Below, one piece after another: positions 1 to 43,400 of a stretch of 64,000 bases of DNA. The stretch comes from Antedon mediterranea (Eukaryota > Animalia > Echinodermata): contig NC_092670.1 in NCBI RefSeq assembly GCF_964355755.1, positions 16,478,795 to 16,542,794 on the forward strand. The letters are read 5' to 3'. The position numbers and the translations under genes were made by a program. Below the pieces are notes generated by a model. That model had not been told where the DNA came from. It saw only the letters and a program-made list of their open reading frames with translations, and searched no databases. Position 1 is the stretch's first letter, and every line of letters starts with the position of its first letter.

Positions 1-10
1 ATACAGCTAA

Positions 11-172
11 AGCTCGGTCTACACTGTCAAACTAGTTTGACAAAAAAAAGATGTGATGTGCCCAAATATGGTAGTGATATGGCCAAATATGGTAGTGATA
101 GGACATCATCATGTCCATATATGGGCACATCACATATTTTTTGTCACATAAAGTTTGATAGTGTAGACAGAG
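11..172. mobile_element. MITE family A (PIF/Harbinger-like), representative copy; at least 17 copies in the window
   Basis: TIR AGCTCTGTCTACACTATCAAACT, TTA/TAA flanks, internal 21-bp subrepeat. Other copies at about 3637-3782, 4604-4742, 5930-6068, 8559-8727, 8946-9089, 15783-15901, 18995-19092, 21029-21168, 23872-24012, 30905-31016, 41205-41259, 42243-42385, 49536-49690, 58498-58696, 60012-60174, 61286-61400. Confidence 0.88.
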
Positions 173-186
173 ATTTAGATCCTTAC

Positions 187-29650
<29,464 letters not shown>

Positions 29651-32530
29651 TATCTTGATATAAAACAAAATCGGTGGTTAGAAAATAAATCTCTTTTTCA
29701 ATGCTTGACGTTAAGTTCCAACTTTTGATCGTCCCTTGCTCAAAATAAAATTCTCAACTTACAGTTAAATATGTAGTACATTCCTAATGCCGTTCCTAAA
29801 TTAACATTATCTTCTCAAGCAAACTGAAGTTGTTCATGTTATATTTGCCCAAATAAATATATATAATAATTCAATTTCACATCCCAGCCGATGTTTTGGT
29901 ACGGTAAAACGAAATGAACAATGTGAAGATTTGAGTGATTTGGCCATTAGGTAAAATCAATAGAATTAACGCCTATTAACAATAACCATAAATCTGCTAT
30001 TTTCCAAGCATTGTCATCAATGTTATGTTTGTAAATACCATGAACCTATAGGTCCATGGAAATACAATCAATATTAAATGACTGATGATAAATTAAAATA
30101 TTCTATTTAAACTTGTGCAATGAAATTTAAGTTAAAAGGAAATTCAAAGAAATTGATTAGTTAGGCCTACATGACCAATTAACAACACTGAACATTATTT
30201 CATTCCTGAACAAATTCCAAAACAAATTACGCGCGCGCTTAAACATTGATGAAAATGGTACCGTTTTTGTATGCGCGCGTCGATTTTTCGTGCGTCGATT
30301 TGCGTAAATAGTGTATATTTTTAAAGAGAGGACAGCAATTATTCAAAAAAATGTTCGTTAATTCTAATCGATTTGAATATATCGGACTTGTGATATCGAT
30401 ACCAAACAGTGTTGAGGTCCATTCAGGTACACGCGTGTCCATTACACGATGTCCTAACAATACTGGACAACAAAATGGTCAACAACTAAACATCCCATTG
30501 ACGCGAACTGGTGGAATTCATTAGACGACACACACAGCGGTAAATAAATTGATTTCCGGTGTTAACTTTTTACTTTGGTTGATTGTTTTCTAAAAGCTTA
30601 ATCCAAAAGCAAAGCAAGGCGATATCGATATATAACAGATAGGTGATACGTTTTTTAGTCAAAGTGAACGTAACATAACACGGACTGGAGACAGTAGACT
30701 GACCCAACAGACAGGTGAACCATCGATCCGAAATCAAAACGCTATTGTTAATGTTACTTCACGAGCACGGCAGATTGAACTACAACCCACAGGTTTAATC
30801 ATTATCAACCACCGACCCAACTCCTTCCAAACACCCTACATTATGCCGACTCCCCTATGGGAACACTTTTATGATTATGACCAACCCCTATTCCGAGGAC
30901 AACCTTATTAACACTAGTTTGCCAAAAAACGTGTGATGTGTACCCAAATATGGTAGTGATATGTTTAAATATGGTAGTGTATGACATCGTCATGTACATG
31001 GGCACATCACATTTTTAGAAAAAGCTTTAATGGGAAACTTTGTTGGGTCCCTAAGGTGTTCCCTCAATTGGGGTTCTACAACATAATAAGATTGTGAAAA
31101 TATTAACACTTAAATATGTTCAGAACACTCAACCATGTTCCCCTCTTATTAAAAATTAAAACCAAAACTACAACCACATACACTTTAAAACGTTTTATTA
31201 ACACACACAAATATAAACCATGTTTAATACATTAAAATTGTTAGCTGAATATTTGCATAAATTCAAATACAAAATGCTATTTACATGCTAAATGAGATTC
31301 CTTGTACATAACATAGGATATTCAATTATTTAGAACATTTTACCATATTATATTATTGAAACTCTTCACTGTTAATTCACAATGTAAAGGTAAAAATAAA
31401 CTCGTTTTTTGTGGCTCACTGCAAACAAGTTTTTTACAAGACATTGCATACCTTAAACTATGATTAACGTTGCAAAACCATTAAAAGAACGTAACGTTTA
31501 TGTAATAATGAGTTATTGCACTTTATGATTTTCATTGTGGATTCACAGGCCTACAAGAAATTTCCTCTATGCTCTTGTAGAAATTGATTAGATTATATAG
31601 TGCATTTTTATTTTTGATATAAAATGCAAAACCATACAAAAACATCATTATTCATCTGTATTTGTATCAATTTAAAAAAAAAAGATCTTGGTAAGAAAGA
31701 CAATTTTAAAATCTATTTATTATCTATTATTATCTATTGGCACAAAATGGTAAAAATTAAAAAAAGTTTTATCTATGAATATAAAAAATGTAAGGCACAA
31801 TCGCTATTAGTAAGTTCTAACTTTCATACTAATTGAAATGCTATGAAGTAAAACTTGAAACTGACCTTTCTAATACCCATCTAACATGTTTGATGGTACA
31901 CTTATTTTACAGTAAACGTGTTAGACTTGAAACTCAACCTGTAGAAAACTAAAATAATACCTGGATAAATTAGAGAAGCAGATCAGGAAGAATGTAAGCC
32001 TTGTGTTCATTACTTATCCAGCAAAAAGCACAGAACTGTCAACAACAAGACTAGTACTGAGTGCTTCAAATCACTTAACCAGGAAAACATCTACCTCTGA
32101 TACTAGTGGTCACACACAGTTGTTCAAGAGCAACTTTTAAATATCTTGAAGTTGTCAATGCTTGGGAGGTCCTCATGTTCATCAGCCTACTTATGAGCTT
32201 TCATTTGGCTGAACACCTTTTGGAAGTTACCATTCTTTAAAATAAATTCTATCTACTATACCTACAGTGTTTTGGCAAGTTTGAGGTTGCTCTTCTTATT
32301 AAAGTACTATCAATATGTACTATGATCACATTGACTACTTTTTGAAAGTTACAACCTTTTGGTGTTTTTCACAAACAACTTCACTACAATATTCTGTAAT
32401 TTTGGTAACATTAATTTAGTTACACTAAAGTGTTAAGTAATTACTTTTTAAGGAAATACTTTTTTGACTTAACCTATTTGATAAACACTTACACTGTACC
32501 ATATCAAGTTGATAACATTCTTTATTGTCT

Positions 32531-35500
32531 TCATATTAATGCACTTTCACTGTGTGCTTCTTGTGCTTCTTTGAAATATGATTCATCTTTTGACTCGATC
32601 CACATGGTCTTGGTGACCTCTGGGGTCATCCCTTTCCAGTCTTCTCCACGCTTGGCAATCTAAAAAATAAATATCAATAAAATATCTTTACTAAAAAAAG
32701 GTTAGCAAGAACAATAGTGAAATTATTAATATTTGTTAGAGATAAATATTATGTAATTTGATATATTTTTATTGACTGTATATTTGTTGCACATCTCATT
32801 GAGACGGTGTCTGATATAAAAGAGATACAATAATTAGTTTAGACAATGTTAAGGATAGGAGATGACAATGATGACAATAATAATGAGTTGAAGATAATAA
32901 TGATGAGATGACGATAATAATGAGGTAAAGATAATAATGAGGTGAAAATGATAATAATGAGGTGAAAATGATAATGATGAGGTGAAGATAATAATAATGA
33001 GGTGAAAATGATAATAATGAGATGAAGATGATAATGATGAGGTGAAGATTGAGGTGAGGTGAAAATGATAATAATGAGATGAAGATGATAATGATGAGGT
33101 GAAGATTGAGGTGAGGTGAAGATTGAGGTGAAGATAATAATGAGGTGAAAATGATAATAATTAGGTGAAGATGATAATGATGAGGTGAAGATTGAGGTGA
33201 GGTGAAAATGATAATAATGAGATGAAGATGATAATGATGAGGTGAAGATTGAGGTGAGGTGAACATTGAGGTGAAGATAATAATGAGGTGAAAATGATAA
33301 TGATGAGGTGAAGATAATAATAATTAGGTGAAGATGATAATGATGAGGTGAAGATAATAATTAGGTGAAGATGATAATGATGAGGTGAAAAATGATAATA
33401 ATGAGATGAAGATGATAATGATGAGGTGAAGATAATAATTAGGTGAAGATGATAATGATGAGGTGAAGATAATAATAATGAGGTGAAAATGATAATAATG
33501 AGGTGAAAATGATAATAATGAGGTGAAGATGATAATGATGAGGTGAAGATAATAATAATGAGGTGAAGATAATAATGAGGTGAAAATGATAATAATGAGG
33601 TGAAAATGATAATAATGAGGTAAAGATGATAATGATGAGGTGAAGATAATAATGATGAGGTGAAGATGATGATGATGAGGTGAAGATGATGATGATGAGG
33701 TGTAGATGATGATGATGAGGTGAAGATTGAGGTGAGGTGAAGATTGAGGTGAAGATAATAATGAGGTGAAAATGATAATAATTAGGTGAAGATGATAATG
33801 ATGAGGTGAAAATGATAATAATTAGGTGAAGATGATAATGATGAGGTGAAGATAATAATGAGGTGAAAATGATAATAATGAGGTGAAGATGATAATGATG
33901 AGGTGAAGATAATAATAATGAGGTGAAGATAATAATGAGGTGAAAATGATAATAATGAGGTAAAGATGATAATGATGAGGTGAAGATGATGATGATGAGG
34001 TGAAGATTGAGGTGAGGTGAAGATTGAGGTGACGATAATAATGAGGTGAAAATGATAATAATTAGGTGAAGATGATAATGATGAGGTGAAAATGATAATA
34101 ATGAGATGAAGATGATAATAATGAGGTGAAAATGATAATAATGAGGTGAAGATGATAATGATGAGGTGAAGATGATGATGATGAGGTGAAGATTGAGGTG
34201 AAGATAATAATGAGGTGAAAATGATAATAATGAGGTGAAAATGATAATAATGAGGTGAAGATGATGATGATGAGGTGAAGATTGAGGTGAGGTGAAGATT
34301 GAGGTGAAGATAATAATGAGGTGAAAATGATAATAATTAGGTGAAGATGATAATGATGAGGTGAAAATGATAATGAGATGAAGATGATAATAATGAGGTG
34401 AAAATGATAATAATGAGGTGAAGATGATAATGATGAGGTGAAGATGATGATGATGAGGTGAAGAAAGATGATAATGATGAGTTGTAGAAAGATGATAATG
34501 ATGAGGTGAAAATGATAATAATGAGGTGAAAATGATAAAGGTGAAGTTGAAAATGATGATGGTACCAAAAATAATTGAGAATATGATAATGATGATGATG
34601 AAAATCACTTCTTACTTGATGGCATTCTTCATATTTTTTCATGGAGTTTGTTGCCCATCGGAGCAGCTCATTTCCATCTGGAGGCATTTTGATATCACTT
34701 TCTTTCTTGTTAAGAATAAACAGCACACGTGACAAGTCTCTTATGACATCCCTAATAGAAAAAAAAAATAGAAAATCAAATCAGGGAAGCTTGAATTATT
34801 TTCCAAACTATTGTGGTACATTCTAAAAAGTTATACACAGTTCCCAACATGACAACAATTTAAATATTAGGATAATTTGTAAAAGCATAGCCAAACAAGA
34901 GAGGGTGCTGTAACAATTTGAAAAATACATCAAACATTATACTGTAGTACAGTAATAATAAATAAGCCACGAACTTTCAAGGCATGTTTAGAAACAACTA
35001 GTGTTTAGTTACAGAGCCAAAATAATACATTTATAAAGTAAAATTTCTCCTTCGAGGGAGCTGGGAAAAAGACTTAAAATATCAAGAACTTCGCACAATT
35101 ATTCGGAAGCCATGGACTTACTTGAAAGTGTCGATCCTTGGATTACCATGCTTAGAATTATCTACTAAATGTTTGACCTCATTAGACATGGCAAGGAATG
35201 TTGTAGCTGATGGTTTTAGGGTTGTTATCTGTTGTAGAAACATGTCACGCTTCACTTTCTTCGGTGTCGTCAGATACAGAGACTCAATCTCACCATCTAT
35301 ATCATCGCTCTTCTGTGTAACATCCATATTCTCTTTTAAGCTACTCTTCTCCTGCACCGTTTCCTCTTGATCTTCTTCTTCTAAAAATATCATTTTATAA
35401 TATTAAGAAACAAATTATTAACATTAAAACTTAAATACTTCAGTAAACCATTGCCTCAGTGAATAAACAAGAAAATAAATCTTAATATTAAAATGTATTT

Positions 35501-38500
35501 TATTGACTTTATTTGATGCCTGATTTTCTTGTTTAAAAAAATAGTTAGCATATTCAAAGCAAGGGATATCGGACTGAGAGTGCATGGTACTATATATGAT
35601 AAGGTATATTGGACTACTGTAACATGCACAGTAGACATGTATGTGACATACTGCTTGTATCGTTAGGTAAGTTACTCTCATTTCCTTCACTAAAGCAGTT
35701 GGTCCTATGGACATTACTACATTGATCAAAACGAGTAGAGTATCGGTCCCCAGTGTGCTGACCATTGTCCTGTACTGGTTCCTAGGTTCCTATGAGAGAA
35801 CTGTCTTGTACTGAAAAGGCCACATAGAATGAAGAAAAGGGGTATACTAACCAAAATCACTGTCTCTCTGTGAGACTGTTTGCATTTCCAGGTGATGGTG
35901 TTGAAAGTCACTCGTCTTCTCTGTATCTCTTTCAGTTGACGGACTTGAGAGAGCTAAAGCGTAATTTGTGTGATCCCTAAACACAGAAAAATTTGTATAA
36001 TCAGTATACACGTAATTGGTGACAGTGGCTTAGGCTGCTTTTGTGCTTTCTTGGCAGCTAGTGACTATGATTTTATATTTTACCATATGAAAGTCCATAT
36101 ATTACTGCACACTAGTTATGAATTACTCTACTTACTTATTCCTCCTATAAATAATGCAGCAGATGATAGTGAGAAAAACGGTTGATGTGATTGTAAACAC
36201 TATTGCAATGAAGATGATCGCAAATGTTGTCAATCCTCCCCCTCCCTCATCAACATTGGCTAAAAATGAAAATGAGATTATGAATAAAACTTATATAACA
36301 TATGAAAAATAACAACATTGTGTTGATATCAAGTTTGCGGTACACCACGTATTAATTCTGAAAATAACTGTTGAGTTCAACAATGCTCTTCTATAGCTAG
36401 TTTCAATCTCTCCCCCTATGAACTTGCTATTGTTTTTAGCTTTTACACAAGTTCTATCCTATTTTGCTTATATTCCCAGTTTCCTGGAATTTCTGCATTC
36501 TCACTTCTGAGGACGATCAAAGCATATTGATCGAAACGTCGAGAAACACAACATTTATTTTCAGGACGTGTTGTACCGCAAACTTTATATCAACATTTGA
36601 TTTTTATTTGCCATGAAAACCTTCAAACACCAACATCATGTTATGCTTAACTATCTTAAATGATAATAAAAAATGAAGCTGCAATTGTGTCGCATACTGT
36701 AGATGAAACATCTGGATTGATGGATAAAAAATATGACATTCTGATAACCTGAATCAACTTTGTAAAATGTTAACATAAACCAAAATGACTCATCTTAAGT
36801 TTTGGCTCTTTTCTTTGCAAAATAACATAAGAAAACCGTAAGAATATTTAGAAATCAATAATTTTTGGGTGAAAATACTAAATTAAAATCTTAACTGCCT
36901 CGATGAATGAAAATATTGAATACAATACAAACGTTGACAGTCAACTCTAGCTATAAGCCTTAAAAATATATTTTATATACTATACTCTAAATATTACTTT
37001 TTGGAAGGCATTCTAATTATAAGAAATTTTGAAACGTAAAAGATATTCCAGTTATCCGAGAGTCTTGGATCTGACTGAAATGACTGTACAAACTGTAAAC
37101 AGCAAGACAACATGCATGGAAAACAATAACAGCAGCATTTCAAGGAAGTATAAACAACGAAATATGCACATAAGTAAGTCAGTTTTATGAATACCTTTTG
37201 TTATAGGTGTACAAGTACTATTATCTTCTGTTAGTTGGAAACCCTCGAGACAAGAACAGCTTCCACTTACACAACTTGAATTGATCAGCGTTGAACAATT
37301 AGAGTTAGTATCACATACACCTTTAAAAGAAAAATATGCTGCAATACTATTTTTGTGGAATGAAAAAAACTTGAATTGGATTTGGTGTATTTTACTGTAA
37401 TGGCTCTGCTATAAACCTGTCTTCGTCCAGCCTAGAATGTTGGCCTAAACAAGGAGATTGCCTATACAGTAATACACAGAATACATAAAATTTAGGGGCT
37501 TTCTCTCAAGATATGTATTAATATAGTAAGGTCATTTCGATAGACGGAGGAGACAGTATTATTGAATGCAATATATATTATTCTATGTGTTTAAGCCAAC
37601 TATACACTGTTTGTTCATTATCATAACTGGTTGATTTAACGTTAGAATACTTTGTACTTGTCATCCCAAAACAAAAGCTCACTAATACTAGAGTCGATAC
37701 ACTATCTATTTTTTTGGTGAAATCCACATGTTAGCCATCTCCACCTAAAATGAAATTTAAACTCAAAAGTTTTAATTTTTATTAATGAAGATTAGTAAAG
37801 ATGAGTAACATTAAAAGAAATAGAAATAGTGATTTAAGCAATATTAATCTGTATTGATGCTTATTTTATTTCATTTATGTACAGTTGTGTAACAAAATAT
37901 TGTCTAATAAATCTACTGTATCATTGTAGTTATACCTTTTTAATTAAAATATATCATTTATATAATAATTGCACTGAAAAATTTAGTATTACTGAATTAT
38001 TATTATATATTTCTGGCTGTTTTTAACGTTTCTAATTTAGCTTTTTACTTATTTTATTTTTACCTGAAATCCAGCCGTTATTACTCTCTATGTAATTTGC
38101 CTTTGGATTTATATCATATTTAAATATATATAATACAGTTTAAATGATGTCTATTTAGAACTTTATACATATTTATCGGTCTATATACAGTGTCGCCTTA
38201 CTAATATATAGTCAATTTATTTCTGTTTTGATTCTACTCAAGTCTTCTCTACTTACAGTATGTACTCAAAATCATACTTCAATCTAAAATGTGGTTAATA
38301 AATTATAAATGACTACAATTACTGTAAGGTAAGCTTATTTCAACTTATATACCGTTGAGAATAATTATTTAGTATTCAACAATTATTTGGTTAACTAAAT
38401 TTGACTAATTTGAACTGATGGTTGGCTTTATATCAAACGGCAGTCCGGCTTATAATACTACGGGTAATCCCACACATATGCAACTTCCCATATCAAGATC

Positions 38501-38641
38501 CTTTGGGAGAAACAGAAACCTTTTCGACGGAAGACTAGTACTTCCTATGCTTACTATTTGTAAATATAGTAACGACAACAGGGAGAGATTAATTCTGCTC
38601 TTTGATTTACTGCTTTGTGCAGAGATGTACGACATATCCAT
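32531..38641 (-). CDS. Uncharacterised single-pass type I membrane protein with one EB/EGF-like Cys module, about 337 aa
   Basis: Phase-compatible exons: 38555-38641 (putative signal peptide) and 37417-37444 (both tentative), 37195-37320 (CDTNSNCSTLINSSCVSGSCSCLEGFQLTEDNSTC), 36136-36259 (TM: LTTFAIIFIAIVFTITSTVFLTIICCIIY-RRNK), 35852-35976, 35122-35380, 34616-34751, 32531-32659 (TGA). Confidence 0.78.
32865..34600. repeat. 1.7-kb low-complexity satellite (GAGGTGAA-GAT/AAT)n in the last intron of gene 2
   Basis: Variants of an 18-21-bp unit such as gaggtgaagatgataatgat; almost no C on the plus strand. Confidence 0.95.
36321..36630 (+). mobile_element. Penelope-like relic with an inverted partial terminal repeat
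   Basis: 36321-36373 is an imperfect inverted copy of 36549-36595, bracketing the hammerhead motif. Confidence 0.6.
36504..36543 (+). ncRNA. Minimal type I hammerhead ribozyme motif with intact core, in a Penelope-like relic
   Basis: CUU-CUGAGGA-C-GAUCAA-agcaua-UUGAUC-GAAA-CG-UC-GAG: core boxes, 6-bp stem II, palindromic ACGU stem III, GUC cleavage triplet, 3-bp stem I. Confidence 0.75.
38010..38113 (+). mobile_element. Second, ribozyme-less fragment of the same putative Penelope-like family
   Basis: Shares ttctggctgtttt...atttagctttt...atccag...gtaatttgcctttggatttatat with the reverse complement of 12036-12150. Confidence 0.6.
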
Positions 38642-39339
38642 ATATTAAGTCGAAACAAAACTTGTTTGTGTGCAATGATATGGCAAGATGTTTTTACATT
38701 AAAAGCACATTAATTTCAATGTTATTTTGAAGTAAATGATTTTTACCTAATAAGGACATTAATTATTAACAATATTGTTTTGCAATGTTATTTCTGGAAA
38801 CTTGTTATCGTAAACTTTGTATAGTTTACAGTAAACATTATTACTATTTTATAGTACCACCAGGATTCGCATATGTCTTGGTCAGAATACTACTGTATGC
38901 CCTTATTCAATTTGATATATAATTTTAACCATAATTATTAATACATTTCAATGTATATTTTTAGATGAACATGTCCATCACAATGTTATTTTGGGACGAC
39001 GACACAAACATGTTTACATTCACATTACGACTAATAGTTTGATATGTAATGTTATATCGAGGTAGCGCCAATGTGCTTGCCGTAGAACTATGAAGTTTTA
39101 TTTATGCAATATTAATCATGCTAAAGTGAAGTATTTTGAATTGCCTATTAGTATTTGATGTACTGTAATGTACTGATTTATAAGGTGTTAATTATTGATC
39201 ATATCAAAGAATATAAAATGAAAATGAGCAAAACAAATTTTGCATACCTGAATAAATAAATAACATAGGAGAAAAACAACACTCAGTGGTTTAGAAAATT
39301 ATTACAATACATAAGAATTACGGTGTTCATTTATTGAAG

Positions 39340-39566
39340 CAAGGCAATCTAACAACAGGACACTGAGCTCGCCTTGCCAAGATAGGAACTCTGAAACAGT
39401 TCTTTGATCTTATGTCTGGCTGTGATAATATTAACAGTATTGTACAATGTACATATTCTTTGTAGCGTGTGGTGTCTGTTAATAATGGGCATGAAACTGA
39501 TCGTGTCGCAGCCACAGATAAACCCGTTGATCTCCAAAGCTCAGCATTCTGTTGTTTGATTGCTTA
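39340..39566. mobile_element. Second copy of the CAAGGCAATCTAA MITE
   Basis: Shares gctcgccttgccaagataggaactc and ctttgatcttatgtctggctg with the 25260 copy in opposite orientation. Confidence 0.75.
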
Positions 39567-42500
39567 TAATTTTGATTAATCAAATCATCTGAAAAGTGAA
39601 ATGATACAAATATATATACTTCAAAACGGTAACATAAAATTTGAATACTTCATATAGTACTGGGCAGGAATATTTATCATTTTCATTGTTGAGAAAAAAA
39701 CAACTAGTTACACTGGTTATTCAATTGTGTACATAAAGTATTGTTCTTTATGAGGTTAGACCTGCATTATTGTTAAACATAAAGTAGACCAATTAATAAC
39801 ACATAGGTGAGTTTGTACAGAAACCTTATTCAAGGCAATGGAGCATATATAACTTATTCTTGGGAAAGAAAACAAAAAAGCATGAAAAAAAACCCTGTCA
39901 AACAAAGTACTAGATTTGTGGTATTTTGATTATAAGCAGAATAATATTCAGGACACTGAGTGGAAAGCGTAATGTCGGAAGACGGAAAACGTTAACAAAA
40001 CAAAAAAAAAGAATAATATGGGATCTGTTTTTCATGACATTTCAAACTATAAGTTTTTCTAGATAGATATAAATATTATGACAACAATTTATTAAATCAA
40101 ATTCCTCTTAAACTTTTCTATTCATATATTTTTTGGTTATGGTCTTTTCAAGAACAATGAAATAAAACAGACTGATCTGGCTGTGTATGATTATTACTTT
40201 AGTTACTTGAAACAGTTTCTTTTGTTGGTAAACTAATTGTTACCAATTTACTTGTTTTTACCTACTTTACTTGTATTTACCTAAATTGAAATGTTTTTAA
40301 CTAATTTATTTGTTTTAACTACTGTAATTCACAAATTTCTGCAAGCACATTATAATAATTTTTATAACGCAGTACAATTACTGATTTTCAAAGACAAAAA
40401 CTAAATTTTAATTTATTTTTATTATTTTTAATTATTACTATTATTAATATTATACAGTATATAATATTATCTAATTATTATAATTTTGGTGATCATTACG
40501 TATTAAAAAGTCATTAAACAAATTTGTTTATGCAAACTATTATTAAGTCTTTAAATATTTTAATGCTTACAAATTGTTGACATTCTTATTAATCACTAAG
40601 TTTTATGACTTACAGACCAAATATGTAGTCGATTGTTTCTAGAATTATAACCTTTTGACAGCCAGCCTACAATTTCCTTATATTATTTTATGTGGGTGAT
40701 TGCATTCAAACAATTCAACTTTCAATGAACAACTTCCTTTCAAAAAAGTTCATTATTTAAAATATGGTTTTATTGACAGTGGTATGGAAGAGATTGAATG
40801 TACAGTACTGTAGAGTACAAACTATGTTACATTGTACAGGACGTTTCAACCCAGGGATGACTGTTCGGTCCGGGAAGCGTCAGCCTGGCAAATTGTTGCC
40901 CCTGAAAATAATGTTTTGGCCTATTTTGAGGTCCACTAACATATACTTTCTAATTATTCCTTAAATGTCATTGTTGCATACATATTATTTTTACAATACA
41001 TATTATAATCACTTCACATTTATTTGGTAGGACAGAAAGAATAGACAATAATATAGACAATGAAAAGGGGAACTAGACACTATAAGTATGTACTTAAATA
41101 ACAAGTCCAAAGTATCATAGACCAGTTTAAATAAACTACAGTATGGTAGTATCTAATTCAATACTATACTGTTACAAACAGTTACAATACAATACAGTAG
41201 TTAAAAAATATGGTATCACATTTTTCTGTCACATAAAATTTTATAGTGTAGACAGAGCTTTAGTTATATTTTTTTTTAAAGAAATAATCAGAAAGAAATG
41301 AAGGATGCCAAAGAAAACAAACAAATACTAGAGATAAACCAGCTGATGTGTAGAAAAACATTGAAAGAATGTTCAGGCGAAGTTCTTGAAAGTATACAAC
41401 AAAGAAGGTTATTCTATATAGGAGAAAAGTAAAATATTGTAAAGTGTTTACATTTCTCTTAGAGCACAAAAGAAATTTCAACAGTTAGTTTAGAAAATCA
41501 GAAGCACAGTAAGTTGTTATCTATGAAAACAAAATGATGAAATGACGATGCTATAGTAGGATGCAATGTTTTCAGGAAAATAAATTCCCAGAGCTGTAAA
41601 AACTTGATATTAAATAATTATATTAATAGTACCACCACGAGAAGAATACACGCATGCACAAGGTAACTGACGAACCAATCATGCAAATGGCATTTTAATT
41701 GATCCAAACACTCATGGGACATTACCTGTACTGTAGCGAGCGGCGGAGGTTAGATGGATAAATAGGGCGATTTGCATGATATTGATGTTCCAACCCATAC
41801 TTAAGCTAATCAGTCAATGGCGGCATACCTAGATGTAAAGAAATAATGCATTTTCAATTGGATAGAAGCTGTTAGTGTGATTTAAAGCTGAAAGTAATCA
41901 CTGGTAAATGGATAAAAAAATAAGTAGTTTAAGAGATAATGTACTTTGCATCAGTTAAAACAAATAAAAAGGCAAGCAGGGTATAATAGTTAATGTGTAT
42001 TGTGAATTTAAATGCAACAAAGTTATACTAAAATTATTACGTTGCTATATTCATTCATTCAATTCAATCTTTTATTTCAGAAACTCTGGATAGAAAGTAA
42101 ATTGCATATAAATGAAATAAATAAAATAAACAAAATTACTACTACTCATCTCAGGATGGCATTCCATCTGGAGAGCATCTTCGACTTAACTAAGACGTTG
42201 CTTATAATATACTTTTAGTCCAATGTTTTAGTTTAGTTATTAAGCTAGTCTGTCTACACTATCAAACTACTTGACAAAAAAAGTGTGATGTGCCCAAATA
42301 TGGTAGTGATATGACATCATCATGTCCATTTAAGGACAATCACACTTTTTTTCGTCACATCAAGTTTGATAGAGTAGACAGAGCTTCAGTAATCGTCATA
42401 ACAAAAGTATCTTTTCCTTTAAATTATTCAACATTCCTACTGCAATCCTCCCATATAATATAATCTGCTTCTGAAATTATAATTTTTTTCATTTTTAGAT

Positions 42501-43199
42501 GACAAATGATAAATTGTAACACTGGACAATTGATATGGCTGTGAGGCTTAGTTTCACTCATAAACAAGTATAGTACTACGCAATGCAATAAAAAGTTATT
42601 TTTAGAGTTTTTACGTTTTGTTCTTTTTGGTAGTTTGCTTTAGAATCAAAGATACTACATCAGACATAACTACTTGTTATTAATGTTCTATTAAAAGAAA
42701 AGTTTAGAAAAACTGCAATCTCTGTTTGAAATAAACAAGTTGCAGGTACTGTATAGTTATAGAGGTGGTCACAGGTGTGGAGAAGCAGATGATACTACTT
42801 ACTAACTACAGTAATAATATGGCAGATATATATTATATTAGTCTAGATAAAATATTATTGAAAATTAATCAAATGTTATAAGAATCATTTAGTTGGTTCA
42901 TTCTACATAACTACTACCTACAATCCAACTGTTACTAGTAAAATATACACTTCGGAACTACAGAAACATATATGCCCAGGCTGGTTGGATGTGATCTGTG
43001 ATAATAAGTTCACGTACTCAGCGTCTTAATTAAGCCACAGCTGCTACAAAACAAGTCTAAAGTTATGCGAGGAGGGCCTAGCCCAAACGTTCGGAACAAA
43101 CACTAATTAGATCTGCTTAAGTGGAACTAAATAACAACTAGCAGAGGTAAAGTGAAGTTTATCTATCCCATTATTAATTTTATAAATAAACTGGGTTTT

Positions 43200-43400
43200 A
43201 CTTACCTTCTCAATGCATCGATTCTAGTTGAATGAAGTGAAACTTTCCCGGTCAAAACAACACTTCAGCAACTACAACAACATAATCTAATGAAGCAAAG
43301 CACTGCAATTTTGAGGTGACGAGTTGTAGCGGAAATACGTCACGCCATATTGGCCCTCATGCGGTGGTGTGTAAACATTGTGATGGGGCGCCATGAGCAA
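43200..43400 (-). promoter_or_regulatory. Candidate promoter and first non-coding exon of gene 2
   Basis: Locally CpG-rich, with cggaaa (ETS-like), tacgtcac (CRE-like) and gccatatt (YY1-like) motifs; strong minus-strand donor AG/GTAAGT at about 43205. Confidence 0.4.

Noticed and set aside
32796-34608. Long ORFs (389, 168, 156 aa) rich in H/I/S
   Set aside because: Translations of the intronic satellite. Only the part of ORF 34337-34735 that overlaps exon 34616-34751 is coding.
35676-35810. Additional gene 2 exon after the acceptor-like site at 35811
   Set aside because: It would need a 41-nt intron and hits an in-frame TAG; the flanking exons already join in phase.
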